Shown piece after piece: positions 19,861-29,292 of a DNA stretch of 64,000 nt. This DNA is from a virus, in IMG/VR virus record IMGVR_UViG_3300042323_000705, positions 9,779 to 73,778 of that record, one strand, 5' to 3'. Made by a program: the position numbers and the translations under genes. The notes below the pieces were generated by a model, which did no database searches, had not been told where the DNA came from, and saw only the letters and a program-made list of their open reading frames with translations. Numbering within the stretch: the first letter of the stretch is position 1; each line of letters starts with the position of its first letter.

Positions 19861-20173
19861 TCTTAGGACTCCATAACTTTGCAAACTTCAGTACGTTAGG
19901 ATATTCCGCACGAGGGCAAACTACTGCACAAGCCTTACGTGCTTCTAGTGTACGGTTCTCATGTGCTAAGTATACATCAGGTAACTCCGCAATTTTATCA
20001 AATTCTTTTTGATTTACACGAACTACACACTTTTTGAAACTGTTATCAATCCAATCTTCATAGTCTTTCTTAAATTCAAAAGTTAGATGAGCACCAAGAA
20101 CAGCATGAGCTACAAGAGTGGGGACCATGTAGTCAGGGAATTCATCTAGTACTGCGATGTATAACTTAGTCAT
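19850..20173 (-). CDS. Peptidyl-tRNA hydrolase 2 (Pth2)-like protein
   Basis: KLYIAV...LVAHAVL...W...SFKKCVVRV resembles the PTH2 fold pattern. Confidence 0.6.
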   Translation of the reverse strand: MTKLYIAVLDEFPDYMVPTLVAHAVLGAHLTFEFKKDYEDWIDNSFKKCVVRVNQKEFDKIAELPDVYLAHENRTLEARKACAVVCPRAEYPNVLKFAKLWSPKNGA

Positions 20174-20459
20174 GACTCATCCCATTACCCATTGAAATCT
20201 TACGATACTTTTCAATCTTTACAAACTTCATATCAAGTAGATCTGCGTTAGGGTCATACTCAAAACGAGGATCTTCACCTTCAACAAGAATAGCACAAGC
20301 GCAGACATCGTTCCACTCTTTAATAAGAGCTTCATAGTTTTTCTCAAGAGTGTTAGGATGAACTTCATCCATACCAAACTGAGCGCACTTGATAGCTACT
20401 TGAGCTAGCTCTGCTGCTTCTTCTGCTAGCTTTAGAAGGTAGTATTGCTGCTTATTCAT
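20166..20459 (-). CDS. MazG-like nucleotide pyrophosphohydrolase
   Basis: LAEEAAELAQ...KEWNDV gives the EExxE...ExxD pattern. Confidence 0.7.
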   Translation of the reverse strand: MNKQQYYLLKLAEEAAELAQVAIKCAQFGMDEVHPNTLEKNYEALIKEWNDVCACAILVEGEDPRFEYDPNADLLDMKFVKIEKYRKISMGNGMSHD

Positions 20460-20609
20460 TTTTGCATTCCACTTTTGTGTCTAGTGTTGGGGGTAACTGA
20501 TACTGTTCAACTATTAACTTTTCACCACAAGTTTCGCAGACATAAACTTTTCTTAAGGTATTAATCAGAATGTCATGGAATTTCCATTTGCAAGCTTTTA
20601 CCTTTATCA

Positions 20610-21056
20610 TTACAAAGCTTTCTTGTAAGTGAACTCGATAGCCTCATAACCAAGCTTAGTATAAAGCAGACCTAAGTTACTCATCTTACTAGTATAAGTC
20701 ATAACTACAAAATCTGCTTTAGCTTTTTCTTTAGCCCACGTTTCAAAGTCTTTAAGCATAGCTAGGCTCTTACGCCCTCGGTAATCAGGCTTGACATACC
20801 AACCTAACTCTGAGGCAAGTACATCATCAAAGTAGATTCCTTCGCTAGCAACACCAACTAGCAATCCTACTAGCTTGTTCTCTTCTTTTAAAACAGAGCA
20901 GTAGTAGTTTTTATCGTAAACGAGAGAAGCTTCTAAGATCCTTCTCAGCTTAGCTCGGTTAAACTTTTTAGAAGTTCCATAAAGAGTATTGAACTCAGCA
21001 GCTAAATCTAAAGTAGCCTCAATATCAAACACTTGTAATTTTTCTAGCTGAGTCAC
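20610..21056 (-). CDS. GNAT family acetyltransferase
   Basis: WYVKPDYRG...LYTKLGY motifs. Confidence 0.8.
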   Translation of the reverse strand: MTQLEKLQVFDIEATLDLAAEFNTLYGTSKKFNRAKLRRILEASLVYDKNYYCSVLKEENKLVGLLVGVASEGIYFDDVLASELGWYVKPDYRGRKSLAMLKDFETWAKEKAKADFVVMTYTSKMSNLGLLYTKLGYEAIEFTYKKAL

Positions 21057-21057
21057 T

Positions 21058-22767
21058 TTATGCTACCTCTGTTGTAATTATTTCAAAGTCGTCCTCATCT
21101 TTTTTCTCAACTTCTTCAAGGCGACCTGTAGCTGAGTTGAATCGATACGCACCTGCAGGACCTGTATTTCCGGTTTTCCGGTCTTTGAGAAGGTAGATTT
21201 GACTACGATTTCGAACCAGCTCATTTTCTGCAAGCTTGTTCCTTGAAATCGCAATAGTCTGAAAGGAGATTTGCTTAAGTGATCCAGAGCCTTTAAGGTC
21301 ATCTTCACTAATTGGAGCACCTGACTCAAATGAGTCTTCCCCCGACTTAACTTTTCTAAGATGCGATACAACTCCGACCCAAATGTTGTGGCGTTTAACG
21401 ATCTTAAGTAGATCGGACATGAATCGATCGATTGCAGCGTTAACATTGCCATCTTCTGTCTCCGATACTGCGATAGTAATATGGTCTAGATAAATATAAC
21501 GGCAACCATTTAAAGCCATGTATTCAATCTTGTCTATCAACCCGTTATCGCTAACAGAGCCTTGATGATCAAGAAGAATAACACGGTTAGGTAGACCTAC
21601 AGTAGATTCCCAAGCTTTACGCTCTTCTTCTTCTGTGATCTCTACTCCTGGAAGTCCTAAACGTTTGTTCAGATACAAACCCATGATACCACCAACAGTT
21701 TCGCCTACATCTTCTTCAAGGAAGATACAACCGATTTTTTCTTCAGTTGTTTTTAGAAGATGAAAGATATCTTCTCGAAGCATAGTAGACTTACCGATTG
21801 AAGTACCAGCAGCAATCATAGTAATAGTGCTTAGTGCACGACCATGAGTCAACTCATTTAGTCGATTAAGGAAAGGAGGCCAAGGAACAAACTCTAGGTT
21901 TTTAAACTCGTTGTAACGTTCCCAAGTCTCTTCACCAGCAATAATACCAGAAGGACTGTAGGGTTTAGCATCCCAGATGTAAGCCCAAGCTTTCTTAGTG
22001 CCTTCCTCTGATCCATACTTCTTTAGTGTGTCACAAGCATCTTTTTCATTAGCCTTGACAATCTTTACTTTGTCAGCTCCAAGAATCTTTGCAGCTTCTT
22101 TAGATGCTTTTTGACCTTGTTCATCTGCATCAAACCAGATAACAATCTCGTTGAACTTTCGAAGTACGTCACGATTCTTTAGAAGATAATTAGTTTGATT
22201 AACTCCTCCCATAGAACAAACAGGATAGATGCTACCATACTTAAGTAGACTAGTCTGTGCAACCGCGAGTGCATCCTCTTCTCCCTCAGTGATAACAATA
22301 CGCTTACCGCCATTCATGAAGTGCTCAATGCCGAAAAGGTTTTTAGCTTCTCCGATAGCGTAAGTGTCTGATTTATCTTTAGGATTTTTAGTTTTGTATC
22401 CAGCAGTAACCGTACCTGTAGAATCAGGGAAAGGAAAGTAATAACGGTCTACGTCTCCTTTCTCATCATAAGAAGCCTTAACATTAAAAAATTCGGATAC
22501 TGCTTTAGTAATAAGTCTCTCAGAAAATCCCCTAGAAGGTAACACCATCACATCTTCAAGGGCAATCTCTTTTTTGTAGTGACTTCTTCGGTAGTTGTCT
22601 GTTTTATAGACGATCTCTCCTTTATCGTGTTTCTTTGCATACTCTTTGTTGTAGTCATAAGAGGCTTTACAAGAGAAGCAGTGAGCTGGACCTTCCTCAT
22701 AAATTTGAGCAGCATCACTAGAAGCACAACGAAGGCAAGGTTGGTTACGATGTAATACTTTTCCCAT
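21058..22767 (-). CDS. T7 gp4-like primase-helicase
   Basis: CLRC..CFSC Zn finger, TOPRIM EGEEDA / FDADEQG, Walker A AGTSIGKS, LDHIT, VSHLRK, LKGSGSLKQ. Confidence 0.95.
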   Translation of the reverse strand: MGKVLHRNQPCLRCASSDAAQIYEEGPAHCFSCKASYDYNKEYAKKHDKGEIVYKTDNYRRSHYKKEIALEDVMVLPSRGFSERLITKAVSEFFNVKASYDEKGDVDRYYFPFPDSTGTVTAGYKTKNPKDKSDTYAIGEAKNLFGIEHFMNGGKRIVITEGEEDALAVAQTSLLKYGSIYPVCSMGGVNQTNYLLKNRDVLRKFNEIVIWFDADEQGQKASKEAAKILGADKVKIVKANEKDACDTLKKYGSEEGTKKAWAYIWDAKPYSPSGIIAGEETWERYNEFKNLEFVPWPPFLNRLNELTHGRALSTITMIAAGTSIGKSTMLREDIFHLLKTTEEKIGCIFLEEDVGETVGGIMGLYLNKRLGLPGVEITEEEERKAWESTVGLPNRVILLDHQGSVSDNGLIDKIEYMALNGCRYIYLDHITIAVSETEDGNVNAAIDRFMSDLLKIVKRHNIWVGVVSHLRKVKSGEDSFESGAPISEDDLKGSGSLKQISFQTIAISRNKLAENELVRNRSQIYLLKDRKTGNTGPAGAYRFNSATGRLEEVEKKDEDDFEIITTEVA

Positions 22768-22930
22768 CAGGTTCCCGATTAAATTCTTTTTCTTTAAAGG
22801 TTACAATAGCAATTAGAGTTCGAAGTGTCCCTACACTAATACCTAAAAGTTCCTCATTTGTACGAGGGAAACCTTCATGGTCATAGGTTTGTTTTGTTAA
22901 CCAATCAACTAGTTCTTTACTTGCTTTCAT
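22745..22930 (-). CDS. Hypothetical protein
   Basis: 61 aa coupled ORF. Confidence 0.5.
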   Translation of the reverse strand: MKASKELVDWLTKQTYDHEGFPRTNEELLGISVGTLRTLIAIVTFKEKEFNREPDGKSITS

Positions 22931-23123
22931 AGTACCAACGCCTCCAATTCCAGTTAAAGGTCAACAGTCTAGTTAAATGCTTATCAAAGGTAACCTCTTT
23001 ATAGTTAAAGAAAACTACAGGGTTGTACTCTAGCTCTTTGTATACAATTGCCCTTTGACGGTGAGTTTGCACGTAGCAGATAAAAAACCAAATCACTGGT
23101 AGATAAACCACATATTCAAACAT
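22917..23123 (-). CDS. Hypothetical membrane protein
   Basis: 68 aa, N-terminal hydrophobic stretch. Confidence 0.5.
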   Translation of the reverse strand: MFEYVVYLPVIWFFICYVQTHRQRAIVYKELEYNPVVFFNYKEVTFDKHLTRLLTFNWNWRRWYYESK

Positions 23124-23553
23124 ACTTGTACTTCTTCATGTAGTGTTTTAACCTCCGCTTATGACGAGCTGTTACAGGTTCTGTTACTTTCCAAGTTACT
23201 TTATCAATGAAACGATTCATGAATTCATCGTTGTTACTTGGTGTTTCTACAAAAACCTGACTCCAAGTCTCTGCAAAGCTTAAACCTCCAACAGTATGAT
23301 ACTCCTCAAGTATGATAAACTCAAACTTGTCTTTACCTTTCTCTTTTATTAAGTCGTTAAGGTAGGAGCTAGAACTTGTGTAAGTCTTCCAGTTGGAAGC
23401 CTGACCTTTATTCAACTTGCCCCTACCTTTGTAGTTCTTTTTACCGATATACTTTTGGTTAGTTTCGGTATAAACTATCATGTAAACAAAGCCGATTGCA
23501 CCAGCAGGATCTAGTTTTAAACCTGTGCAATCCCAATGGCCTTGTTTAGTAAT
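23116..23553 (-). CDS. GIY-YIG family endonuclease (probable ATT start)
   Basis: GFVYMI...KYIGKK. The first half-motif lies upstream of the ATG at 23481; GAGG RBS precedes an in-frame ATT at 23553. Confidence 0.75.
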   Translation of the reverse strand: MTKQGHWDCTGLKLDPAGAIGFVYMIVYTETNQKYIGKKNYKGRGKLNKGQASNWKTYTSSSSYLNDLIKEKGKDKFEFIILEEYHTVGGLSFAETWSQVFVETPSNNDEFMNRFIDKVTWKVTEPVTARHKRRLKHYMKKYKYV

Positions 23554-23568
23554 GCAACCTCGCTAAGT

Positions 23569-23763
23569 TCATAAAAATTCCTTTTTCAATTGTTCCCAGT
23601 AGTGCAACTCTGCTTGCTCAAAGTTGTAAAAAGTTTTAGAGTGGTAAAATTTATTTTTATCCCACAGTTCTACTTTATAGGTAACTGGTCGTTTTTCTGT
23701 CTTTTCTTGACGTGTAACACAAGCGTAACCTAGGTCTTTAAGCCGGAATTCCAGTACGATCAT
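23569..23763 (-). CDS. Hypothetical protein
   Basis: 64 aa ORF. Confidence 0.55.
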   Translation of the reverse strand: MIVLEFRLKDLGYACVTRQEKTEKRPVTYKVELWDKNKFYHSKTFYNFEQAELHYWEQLKKEFL

Positions 23764-24481
23764 TTAGGAAACTCTCCTTGAAGGTGTCTAGAGTAAACCA
23801 ATCATAATCTTTACGTTGTAACCAAAGTAGCTTTCCGTTAGATAAGAAGTAGCTCTCCCAGTCTTTATCATAGGTAAGAAAGTAATGATCAAGAACAGCA
23901 CTAGCTGCCTCTTTCACAGTGTCATACGAGTCGATGATCTTTTCTGCCTTGATAGGTCCATACTTAGGTAAGCCTGGAATCTTATCCATTGCGTCTCCCA
24001 TAAGCAACTGCTTTAGGAAGAACCGATCTGCTTGTTCTTGATCGAGAATATAGTAACGCTCTCGATTATACTTAGGATTGTAGTGCTTACCAGACAACTG
24101 ATCCATGTCTTTGTCAACAGTAACAATGACACAGTCTTCACCTAGCTGTCTACTAAGAATACCTAGCAGGTCATCTGCTTCTATGTTGTCTCCAACTACA
24201 ACATTCTCTAGTGAGTACAAGTACTCTTTTACCTTAGCAAAGTGTTCAGGACGTTCACCACGACCTTTTACTCGCATAGGAGTTTGTTTGTAGTCAGGGT
24301 ACAAGTCGTCTCGGTAGTTCTTACCGTTTAACGGACCAACAGCAATGACGCATTCATTGCAGAAGGCCCCATCAGTGTAATCTTCAATGTTGTATAGTAG
24401 TTTAGACAAGGCATCTTCATAGTTACTAGTCTCCCAGAGTGTTGCGTGAAGTAGAACATCACCATCAATTAACGCTATCAA
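23738..24481 (-). CDS. 5'-3' exonuclease (T7 gp6/FEN-like)
   Basis: LIDGD, YPDYK, EADDLL, VDKDMDQ, GDAMDKIPGL motifs. Confidence 0.92.
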   Translation of the reverse strand: MIALIDGDVLLHATLWETSNYEDALSKLLYNIEDYTDGAFCNECVIAVGPLNGKNYRDDLYPDYKQTPMRVKGRGERPEHFAKVKEYLYSLENVVVGDNIEADDLLGILSRQLGEDCVIVTVDKDMDQLSGKHYNPKYNRERYYILDQEQADRFFLKQLLMGDAMDKIPGLPKYGPIKAEKIIDSYDTVKEAASAVLDHYFLTYDKDWESYFLSNGKLLWLQRKDYDWFTLDTFKESFLNDRTGIPA

Positions 24482-24872
24482 ATTCTTCCACTACCTCTAA
24501 CTTGTAGTCAATATCGATTCGCTCATCGAGTTGACCAATAAGGTTTTCAATACCTTCGATTAAGTGTTTTCCTTTAGTAAAAGTCTCACCTTGCTTTACA
24601 GGCTCTAACTTACAAGTATAAACCAAGATATCGTTATAGACAACGAACTCTTGTAAATTCTTGTGAATAGATAACAAGTTATCTGTGAGAAAATCACAAA
24701 GGTCGTAATATTTTTCTGTCGAAATAAAGTCTTCATTACGAAGAGCACAATATTGACAGAAATGGTAAAAAAGGAGTGCGTGTTCAACGCACCCCAGTTT
24801 TAGAGTTTTATCTAGTTCCTTTTCGTACTCTTCTTTAGTGTAGTACTCAGGATAGATAGCTTTACTTGACAT
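24465..24872 (-). CDS. Hypothetical protein, possible second ligase-Ia-like domain
   Basis: FYHFCQYCALRNEDFISTEKYYDLCDFL weakly resembles LigA Ia; start placed at MSSKAIY. Confidence 0.5.
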   Translation of the reverse strand: MSSKAIYPEYYTKEEYEKELDKTLKLGCVEHALLFYHFCQYCALRNEDFISTEKYYDLCDFLTDNLLSIHKNLQEFVVYNDILVYTCKLEPVKQGETFTKGKHLIEGIENLIGQLDERIDIDYKLEVVEEFDSVN

Positions 24873-25206
24873 TTGCACGGACCATAGCTGAGAGGATGTC
24901 TTTAGTGTGTTTAGTGCCTGGAAGCAGAGTGTAATGTTTTTCATTTTGCAGATCATAACGTTCTACAAAAGGAGTCGTTACATTCCAACCAAAGGAATTT
25001 TTAGGTGTTTTGTGTACAATACCACGTGAAGGCAGCTTACCTAGTGTATAAGCAGTGCTTAGAAACTCACGGAGTAACTCAGTAGTTTCACGCTTAGTGA
25101 TATCCCACTTTACAGGCTTGTCACCACCGTAAAAGGTTAGAACACCTTTGTCGATGTTTAGACGACCATCTTGATTTCGAAATTGTGCGCGGATTACGTT
25201 AGCCAT
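24862..25206 (-). CDS. Hypothetical protein
   Basis: 114 aa with RBS. Confidence 0.65.
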   Translation of the reverse strand: MANVIRAQFRNQDGRLNIDKGVLTFYGGDKPVKWDITKRETTELLREFLSTAYTLGKLPSRGIVHKTPKNSFGWNVTTPFVERYDLQNEKHYTLLPGTKHTKDILSAMVRANVK

Positions 25207-25415
25207 TAGTTGATTCCTTCTAATTTATAATAGTTGTTTTCTTGCATAGCTGCAAAGTAGGCTCTTGCAACTAGATCGTTAGGGAAGTGTTTAATTTCAA
25301 CTTCATCATTGAAGCTGTTATTCCAGCCATAGGAGATCCAAGTTTCAGGTGGATCTACCTGTGCTTTACCTTTAAATAACTCATACTCTTCTCGAGTCAT
25401 TCCATACTTAGACAT
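25206..25415 (-). CDS. Hypothetical protein
   Basis: 69 aa, coupled to the DNA polymerase stop. Confidence 0.6.
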   Translation of the reverse strand: MSKYGMTREEYELFKGKAQVDPPETWISYGWNNSFNDEVEIKHFPNDLVARAYFAAMQENNYYKLEGIN

Positions 25416-27286
25416 TAGTGTGTCTCATACCAGTTTTTACCGATAGCTGCAGAGCCATCCATAATCATTGCTCCTAGTTGTTTTGGTGCTTCTCTAAAAG
25501 CTTCAAGAGCTAGTTCTTTAGCTGCTTCAGCTTGGTCTTCTCGAACAAGAAACTGACACTCATCATGATAAACAATTAGAGGTTGCCAGTCAAACCCTCC
25601 TTCATCAAGCCTCGTTTGTAGTTGATCAATAGCAGAAGCTACAGTGATTTTTTCAAAAGACTGTAGTAGGTAGTTCAAAGCAAGTCGCTTACCTTCCATG
25701 TAGATCGGTCTACCATCTAGTGCCATGATGTAACCTTTACCAGTTTTAGAGTTAGTAGCGTCAAACATCTTCTCTAGTTTAGTAACTAACTCGTTTAAGC
25801 CTGGGATTTTTCTGAGGAATTCATCTTTAATCTTTTGCCCAACAGAGGCATCACGACGACCTGTAACGATCAACGCTAGTTTGCCTGCACCACCTGCGAA
25901 GATCAGAGCGTAGAAGAAAGCCTTAGCTCGCTTACGTCCGTCTGGTCCCATAGGTCCAACAATAGACTCAAGAATCTTTCGGTTGAAGTCATGAATGTCA
26001 CCTGTACAAATAGCTTCTGTATAGGCAGCATTGTTTAGATAGTGGGCTAGAGCACGGTTTTGGTTACCCTTAGAGTCTGCACCAACAATGACATAGCCCG
26101 GTGGACTAGAGAACAAACTACGAATCTCAGGACCAAAAGTAGCATCTGCTGACGGAATGTTAGCAATGATACCATGTCTAGAACGTGCAGTAGGTGTACC
26201 GATAACGAAGCAGTCACCATGAATTCGGTTATACTCAGTTAAGTTCTCTTCCATCCAAGTCTTCAAGATAGAATGCCTAGAACGAAGAGTATAGTATTGG
26301 TCAACCATCAACCCTAGCTCACCTAGTGGCTCTAGTGAAGCAGTGGTTAACTTTGGGCTAGACTTGACCAAGTTACCCTTAGCATCTTTAACGTAGTTCC
26401 ACTCGTCAGGCTCCCAACCTTGCTCATACAGCAACGCCTTAACAGACTCCATAGACCCGATATCAGGGTGAACAGCCTCTACTCTGCAGTAGTCTCCCCA
26501 CACAGGACGATCGTCTTCTTGTCCTCTAACTGGATCAAACTCAAACCATCCAGCTGTTCTTGCTGCATAGTTTCCTGTCTTAACCCAAGCAGGTGACTTG
26601 AACTCAGGATCTCTGTCCATTTGAGCTAACTTTAGTTTTAGTTTAGGATTGATGTAGTCTTCAATCTTACCCATTTCTTCTTCAAGTTTTGCTTTGACTT
26701 CTTTTGCTTTTTCAATATCAAAAGGCCAACCATGAAGAATAGAACGCCCCACAAAGCGGGAAGTACCATGTTCTGCTTTTAACCCTAGTTTTAACTTTTC
26801 TTTGTTCTTTCTAGAGTTCAACTCTTTAACGAGATAGTTATAAACCATCACGTTTAACTTTACGTCTGTTACACACCGTTCACGCATTTCAGGACTGTAT
26901 TGTGACCAGTCTTCATGCTCCTTCTTTGGATAACCAAAAAACTCACCCCACTTCTCTAGACTATGACCAAATCCAAAACGTTTATAGTTAAGGACTTGGG
27001 ACATGACCATAGTATCTACTAGTTTCTGATTCTGTTTGGGTTTCCAGCCTAACAGTTTTTCTAAGATCAACACATCATACATAAGGATATGGTGACCTGC
27101 TAGCATCCTACAGGAATCTAGAAAAGCAGGGAGTTCTTTAAGTGGTTTAGCGTCTTTGTCTTCGTCCGAGAAAACTGTCTGCTCACCAGTAACTAAGTCT
27201 TCAGCTACAAAAATCCAAATAGTTTCTGCCTCATGTAACAGACCATTGGTCTCGAGGTCAAATACTACTTGTTTAGTTGGTAACAT
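25415..27286 (-). CDS. Family A DNA polymerase with 3'-5' exonuclease (T7 gp5-like)
   Basis: Exo FDLETNGL; motif A GADSKGNQNR; motif B RKRAKAFFYALIF; motif C VYHDE. Confidence 0.95.
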   Translation of the reverse strand: MLPTKQVVFDLETNGLLHEAETIWIFVAEDLVTGEQTVFSDEDKDAKPLKELPAFLDSCRMLAGHHILMYDVLILEKLLGWKPKQNQKLVDTMVMSQVLNYKRFGFGHSLEKWGEFFGYPKKEHEDWSQYSPEMRERCVTDVKLNVMVYNYLVKELNSRKNKEKLKLGLKAEHGTSRFVGRSILHGWPFDIEKAKEVKAKLEEEMGKIEDYINPKLKLKLAQMDRDPEFKSPAWVKTGNYAARTAGWFEFDPVRGQEDDRPVWGDYCRVEAVHPDIGSMESVKALLYEQGWEPDEWNYVKDAKGNLVKSSPKLTTASLEPLGELGLMVDQYYTLRSRHSILKTWMEENLTEYNRIHGDCFVIGTPTARSRHGIIANIPSADATFGPEIRSLFSSPPGYVIVGADSKGNQNRALAHYLNNAAYTEAICTGDIHDFNRKILESIVGPMGPDGRKRAKAFFYALIFAGGAGKLALIVTGRRDASVGQKIKDEFLRKIPGLNELVTKLEKMFDATNSKTGKGYIMALDGRPIYMEGKRLALNYLLQSFEKITVASAIDQLQTRLDEGGFDWQPLIVYHDECQFLVREDQAEAAKELALEAFREAPKQLGAMIMDGSAAIGKNWYETH

Positions 27287-27464
27287 AGTCTACAATCTTA
27301 AACTTTTCTGAGCTGATTGAACGTAGTTGGTTCACAAGAATTTTAGCGGTACCGTGGATATAAGGACCCTCTGGAAACCCTAGCTGACGTAGGAGAGGAC
27401 CACTATAACCTGTACCACCCTTATAGCTATCACGATCACGAACAACGACAAATTTTTCTAGCAT
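27273..27464 (-). CDS. Hypothetical protein
   Basis: 63 aa ORF. Confidence 0.55.
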   Translation of the reverse strand: MLEKFVVVRDRDSYKGGTGYSGPLLRQLGFPEGPYIHGTAKILVNQLRSISSEKFKIVDYVTN

Positions 27465-27466
27465 TA

Positions 27467-28348
27467 TTATACTTCTCCGAGTACTTGGACAACCTTGTCT
27501 AGATCTACTTTATCTTCTGTAGAACACATCTCAAGGATTTGTTTTAATGTTTTGTTTTCAATACCATAGATACCGAGCAGCTCCTCTTCAAGAGCTTGTC
27601 GGTTAGCCCAGTCTACTTTACTAGAAGACACAGCTAAAGACAACAAAGAAGAAGGGCTAATACCCCAACCTCTCTTAATAAACTTATTCAACCGACTAAC
27701 TGCCGACAACACGAAACGAGTGTTTCCAGTGTAGATCAACTCGTTCTTAGCGATAGACTCTTGACTACGACCTTCATAGGTTACAGTACCAAGTAACAGA
27801 CCTAGCGGATTAGGACGCCAGTATACTTTGCAATGCTCATAGTCAAAGGTAGTGAAGACTTCTTTTGGTTCTCCGATAAACCGGAAAATCAGCTGAATTC
27901 CGTTGTTTAGCGTTAGAGCATTCTTAGACAAGTAAGCAGGAACAACCTTGTGAGATCGACCTGAAGTTTTGAAACTTTTACAGTTTTGGTTAAACTCGTC
28001 AATCATATCCTCTAAACTCTTTACATTCTCTTGAGGCCATTGAACTACAGCTGACTTAAGAGTCCCTCTTTCTAAGTTAGGATTCTTTTCGTCTTTAGTT
28101 ACTTCCAATTGAAAGTTACTACCTCCTGGAACTCTTTGCACTAGAGAGTTAAATAGTGTTACTGCAGAAGTTCCTTTAGTTACAAACAAGTCATAATCTT
28201 TAATCTTTTCTTCTTTAGAAACAGAGATAATTGCTCCCCCTGCAATAAAAGAGTTACACAGTATGTGAGAACTAAAAAACTTACCTCCGAAGTTAAGTTC
28301 TTTAAGTTTAGCTTCACAGAGATTATTGACTGTTCTTAGAAAGCTCAT
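27467..28348 (-). CDS. Pol-beta superfamily nucleotidyltransferase-like protein
   Basis: FIAGGAI...IKDYDLF (GG..DxD), TFDYEHC, RLNKFIKRGW. Confidence 0.7.
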   Translation of the reverse strand: MSFLRTVNNLCEAKLKELNFGGKFFSSHILCNSFIAGGAIISVSKEEKIKDYDLFVTKGTSAVTLFNSLVQRVPGGSNFQLEVTKDEKNPNLERGTLKSAVVQWPQENVKSLEDMIDEFNQNCKSFKTSGRSHKVVPAYLSKNALTLNNGIQLIFRFIGEPKEVFTTFDYEHCKVYWRPNPLGLLLGTVTYEGRSQESIAKNELIYTGNTRFVLSAVSRLNKFIKRGWGISPSSLLSLAVSSSKVDWANRQALEEELLGIYGIENKTLKQILEMCSTEDKVDLDKVVQVLGEV

Positions 28349-28623
28349 TGTTTCATCCGTTTATAGACACTACGAAGATATTCGATGTACCACGCAGACT
28401 TACCTAACTCTTGAACTTCATCATCTTTTCCTCCAAGTCGAAGCATGTACTTCCACGCTTGACCTTTAAGGTGACCTTGGAACTCTTCCTGAGTCATGAT
28501 ATACTCCATAACTTCAATGTATTGAAGAGTGATGTTGCCATCGATATCAGTATGATAGGTTACTCGATCCTTAGGAATTACTAACACACCCTGATAGTGT
28601 TTAGGGTTAATTGCGTCAGCCAT
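28345..28623 (-). CDS. DUF3310 / T7 gp1.7-like protein
   Basis: AINPKHY...GQAWKYMLRLGGK...ELGKSAWY. Confidence 0.8.
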   Translation of the reverse strand: MADAINPKHYQGVLVIPKDRVTYHTDIDGNITLQYIEVMEYIMTQEEFQGHLKGQAWKYMLRLGGKDDEVQELGKSAWYIEYLRSVYKRMKQ

Positions 28624-28879
28624 GTTGTCTTACTCCTACTCTGTCTACTAAGACACAGATAAATTCGTTTAGTTCTTCATAGTCTTCAGTTTCCCAAACT
28701 AGCCCTGTGGCTAAGTGTTTAACCTTAACTAACGGTTCTGTTTTAAGTCGATTACTCTTTAACGTTTTACGAAAAAATCTTTGAGCCTCTGTCGGATCAA
28801 AGCATACACGATTAGGACCCTTGTCAGGATTAACATGAATTGAGAATTCCCAGTTTGAGTTTCTTCTTTTGAGAGACAT
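28616..28879 (-). CDS. Hypothetical protein
   Basis: 87 aa coupled ORF. Confidence 0.6.
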   Translation of the reverse strand: MSLKRRNSNWEFSIHVNPDKGPNRVCFDPTEAQRFFRKTLKSNRLKTEPLVKVKHLATGLVWETEDYEELNEFICVLVDRVGVRQHG

Positions 28880-28881
28880 GA

Positions 28882-29292
28882 TTACCTGTAATAAGCTAAA
28901 GTTGCTTCCAGTGCGTCTTCAAGTGTGTGGTGTAACTCTGTTGCAAAAACATCGACAAAAGGATGTTTAAATCCTTCTTCTAGCACAACAACAATTGTTT
29001 TACCCTCGTTATAAGCAAGAATCAACTCACAAATAGTACCCCAAGCTTTACCTGCTCCTCGATCTTTAAGATTCATAAGAATAACATTTGATTCACAAAT
29101 ATCGTTAAGATCCATTCTAACAATTTTGTTTGCTAGATTTCTGGAGTAAGGTTGATCATGAAACTTTTTACGTCGAGTAGGGTCTAGTGTAGGAATTTTA
29201 TGCTTAAAAAAGAAGTTAGTGGCAGTCTCCCGCCACTTTGTTGCTTCCTCTAGAGATACGCCTTCAATTGGCCCAGCCAAATAGACGGTCAT
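28882..29292 (-). CDS. Nucleoside 2-deoxyribosyltransferase / dNMP hydrolase-like
   Basis: VYLAGP, DLNDI, GTICELILAY motifs. Confidence 0.8.
   Translation of the reverse strand: MTVYLAGPIEGVSLEEATKWRETATNFFFKHKIPTLDPTRRKKFHDQPYSRNLANKIVRMDLNDICESNVILMNLKDRGAGKAWGTICELILAYNEGKTIVVVLEEGFKHPFVDVFATELHHTLEDALEATLAYYR

Noticed and set aside
22993-23015. ACCTCTTTATAGTTAAAG near-match to the promoter
   Set aside because: Spacer is one base too long, it is intragenic and antisense, and it lacks the AGAR start.
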